Translations under genes and position numbers: made by a program | Shown here: positions 62,304 to 64,000 of the stretch, piece after piece | Layout: the number at the start of each line of letters is the position of its first letter | How positions within the stretch are numbered: position 1 is the first letter of the stretch | Notes under the pieces: model-generated | Told to the model about the DNA's origin: nothing | Seen by the model: only the letters and a program-made list of their open reading frames with translations | Database searches by the model: none | Assembly: GCA_010015585.1 (NCBI GenBank) | Contig: ML975149.1 | Length of the DNA: 64,000 bases | Source: Eremomyces bilateralis CBS 781.70 | Lineage: Eukaryota | Strand: one strand, 5' to 3'

Positions 62304-63073
62304 TGGTGGACAGGCCCAGGACGCGAATGATGCCGACGTTCATGTGAAGCGAAATGGATGGTTGAAAAGTCCACTAGCTGCCGGTTCTGAATTGAGGATG
62401 AAACAGGAGCTCTGGAGTCTGGAGTATGGAGGGATGTATTCCGTACCAAACCTTCGATAATAATCTCGATATGTAATAATAGTACCAAGGTGTCACGAGC
62501 TAAGTCCTAGTGAATCCGAACATCGGAATTCAGATCCCCCACAGGGGCCTCCAGTATCAGCTGTCGACTACCAGTACCACCATCTATCACCAAGCGATCG
62601 CGGGCAGAGTACTCCAGCCTCTGATCTTGCGGGGAAACATGTGGCTTATTCTTCGTCTCCAGTTATCAAGACGAATGACGAAACAAGTCTCAACTCTGGG
62701 GATACCCTTGCTATTTACTCGAATCCTATCACATTGTATATTCGTATTGCTCGGAAAACAGTGAAAGCATCAGCATACTACGTAGGCCTGTATGATACTA
62801 GATGGAGATTCCTGGTATCGCCGAGGTTTCATATGCGATGCCCGCCCGCTCGCCATGCCTTTCACATGGAGCACGGAGAGTTGGCACTCAACCTCCTCCG
62901 TTCGAGTTTAGTTATTTCAAAAGCCTCAAGTCCCGTTGGGTGACCATGATATAATCGAGATTTATACTGGTGGCCCTCTGTGTCCATTTCGTCTCGCTGT
63001 CTGAGCCCGTTGTTAAGAGGCTAAGCTAAAAGAAGATTCCCCTTGACCACCAGTTACCACCATCGCCGCCATA

Positions 63074-64000
63074 ATGGCGTCTGGAAAGCTTCCATTGTTA
63101 ATTGGGTCATCCCTAATCGAGTCTCTTGCTATTATTACGTTTCTCCCTCAATATCTCCCTGCAAACCCGCTAGTATGGACATTGTCACGAGTCTTGGCTG
63201 TGAATAGTGGGATTCTACTGGTTTACTTGATATTCATATATCCATTCTATATCAGCCCCTTGCGCCATCTTCCGTCGCCTGGTGTAAGTTGAACACGTAT
63301 AAATCCATGGCTAGTTCTCGAAATTGACACTATTAGAATGGAATTCCGATTATAGGGCTAGGGGCGGCCATGTTCAAGCGACCCCCAGGGCAAGACTTCT
63401 TGAACTGGGTCACCAACGTCCCGAACGATGGCCTCATCCTCTTCCGTGGCCTCTTTCACAGGAACATTCTCCTCCTGACGAACCCAAGGACGATTGGAGA
63501 AGTCCTGGTGACCAAGTCCTACGAGTTCCAAAAGCCAACCAAGGTCCGGAACTTTCTCCGTCGCATCTTGGGCGATGGATTGATCATCGTGGAAGGCGAT
63601 GAGCACCGATTCCAGCGCAAGCACATCATGCCTGTCTTTAGCTTCCGAAATATCAAGGAGTTGTACCCCATGATATGGGGCAAATCTGTTGCTCTGACTC
63701 AAGCTCTCAAGGCGGAACTCGAGCATGGCAAATCGGCTTCCACGGGTGAGCTGGAGCTCAACCACTGGGCGAACAATGTTACCATGGACATTATTGGTGT
63801 TGCCGGCCTTGGGCGCGATTTCAATGCGCTGAAGAACTCCGATGACCCCCTGATCCAGAACTACGAGGAGATTCTCGAGCCCACGGCCGAGAAGGTTGCG
63901 TTCTTCGCCTGCCAGATCATTCTACCACAATGGTTCATTGAGATGCTCCCGTGGGGGTTGAACGAGCGGGTGAAGGTGACAACCACTAATCTCACCAACA
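63074..64000 (+). CDS. Cytochrome P450, 5' part (truncated by the window end)
   Basis: N-terminal TM anchor, SPLRHLPSP and intron 63284-63336, then VPNDGLILF, SYEFQKP, LGDGLIIVEGDEHRFQRK..MPVFSFRNIKELYP and TMDIIGVAGLG. Confidence 0.9.

Noticed and set aside
29464..64000. Possible secondary-metabolite cluster (oxygenase, SDR, P450s, O-methyltransferase)
   Set aside because: There is no PKS, NRPS, terpene synthase or DMATS backbone gene, and the enzymes are scattered among housekeeping genes.

Overview
Eukaryotic, intron-containing DNA from a filamentous ascomycete (Pezizomycotina-type genes, short GT-AG introns with CTRAC/CTRAY branch sites). About 22 protein-coding loci can be supported, mostly housekeeping or metabolic: nucleotide-sugar transporter, DUF92/TMEM19, two F-box-like proteins, a small secreted protein, SMP-30/gluconolactonase, bZIP factor, Dsc4/DUF1746, MpaB/Lcp-like oxygenase, SDR, amino-acid permease, two P450s, Mtc4-like, mitochondrial TyrRS, Sip1-like GH36, NatD, LYRM2, O-methyltransferase and FPGS. 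No rRNA, intact tRNA, CRISPR or intact transposon was seen. The most interesting feature is at 1.5-5.5 kb. A HeLo-like + pseudokinase gene with MLKL-type motif substitutions (HRD->HKN, DFG->GFD) sits head-to-head with a kinase gene that keeps all catalytic motifs, appears lesioned, and carries a Pbp1/ataxin-2-like segment at its C-terminus. This is a candidate fungal RIPK3-MLKL-like cell-death module. A second HeLo-like N-terminal protein (38.3-40.7 kb) and a decayed HET-type gene (56 kb) are also present. Family assignments come from motif recognition by eye, without database searches, and exon coordinates were inferred manually.
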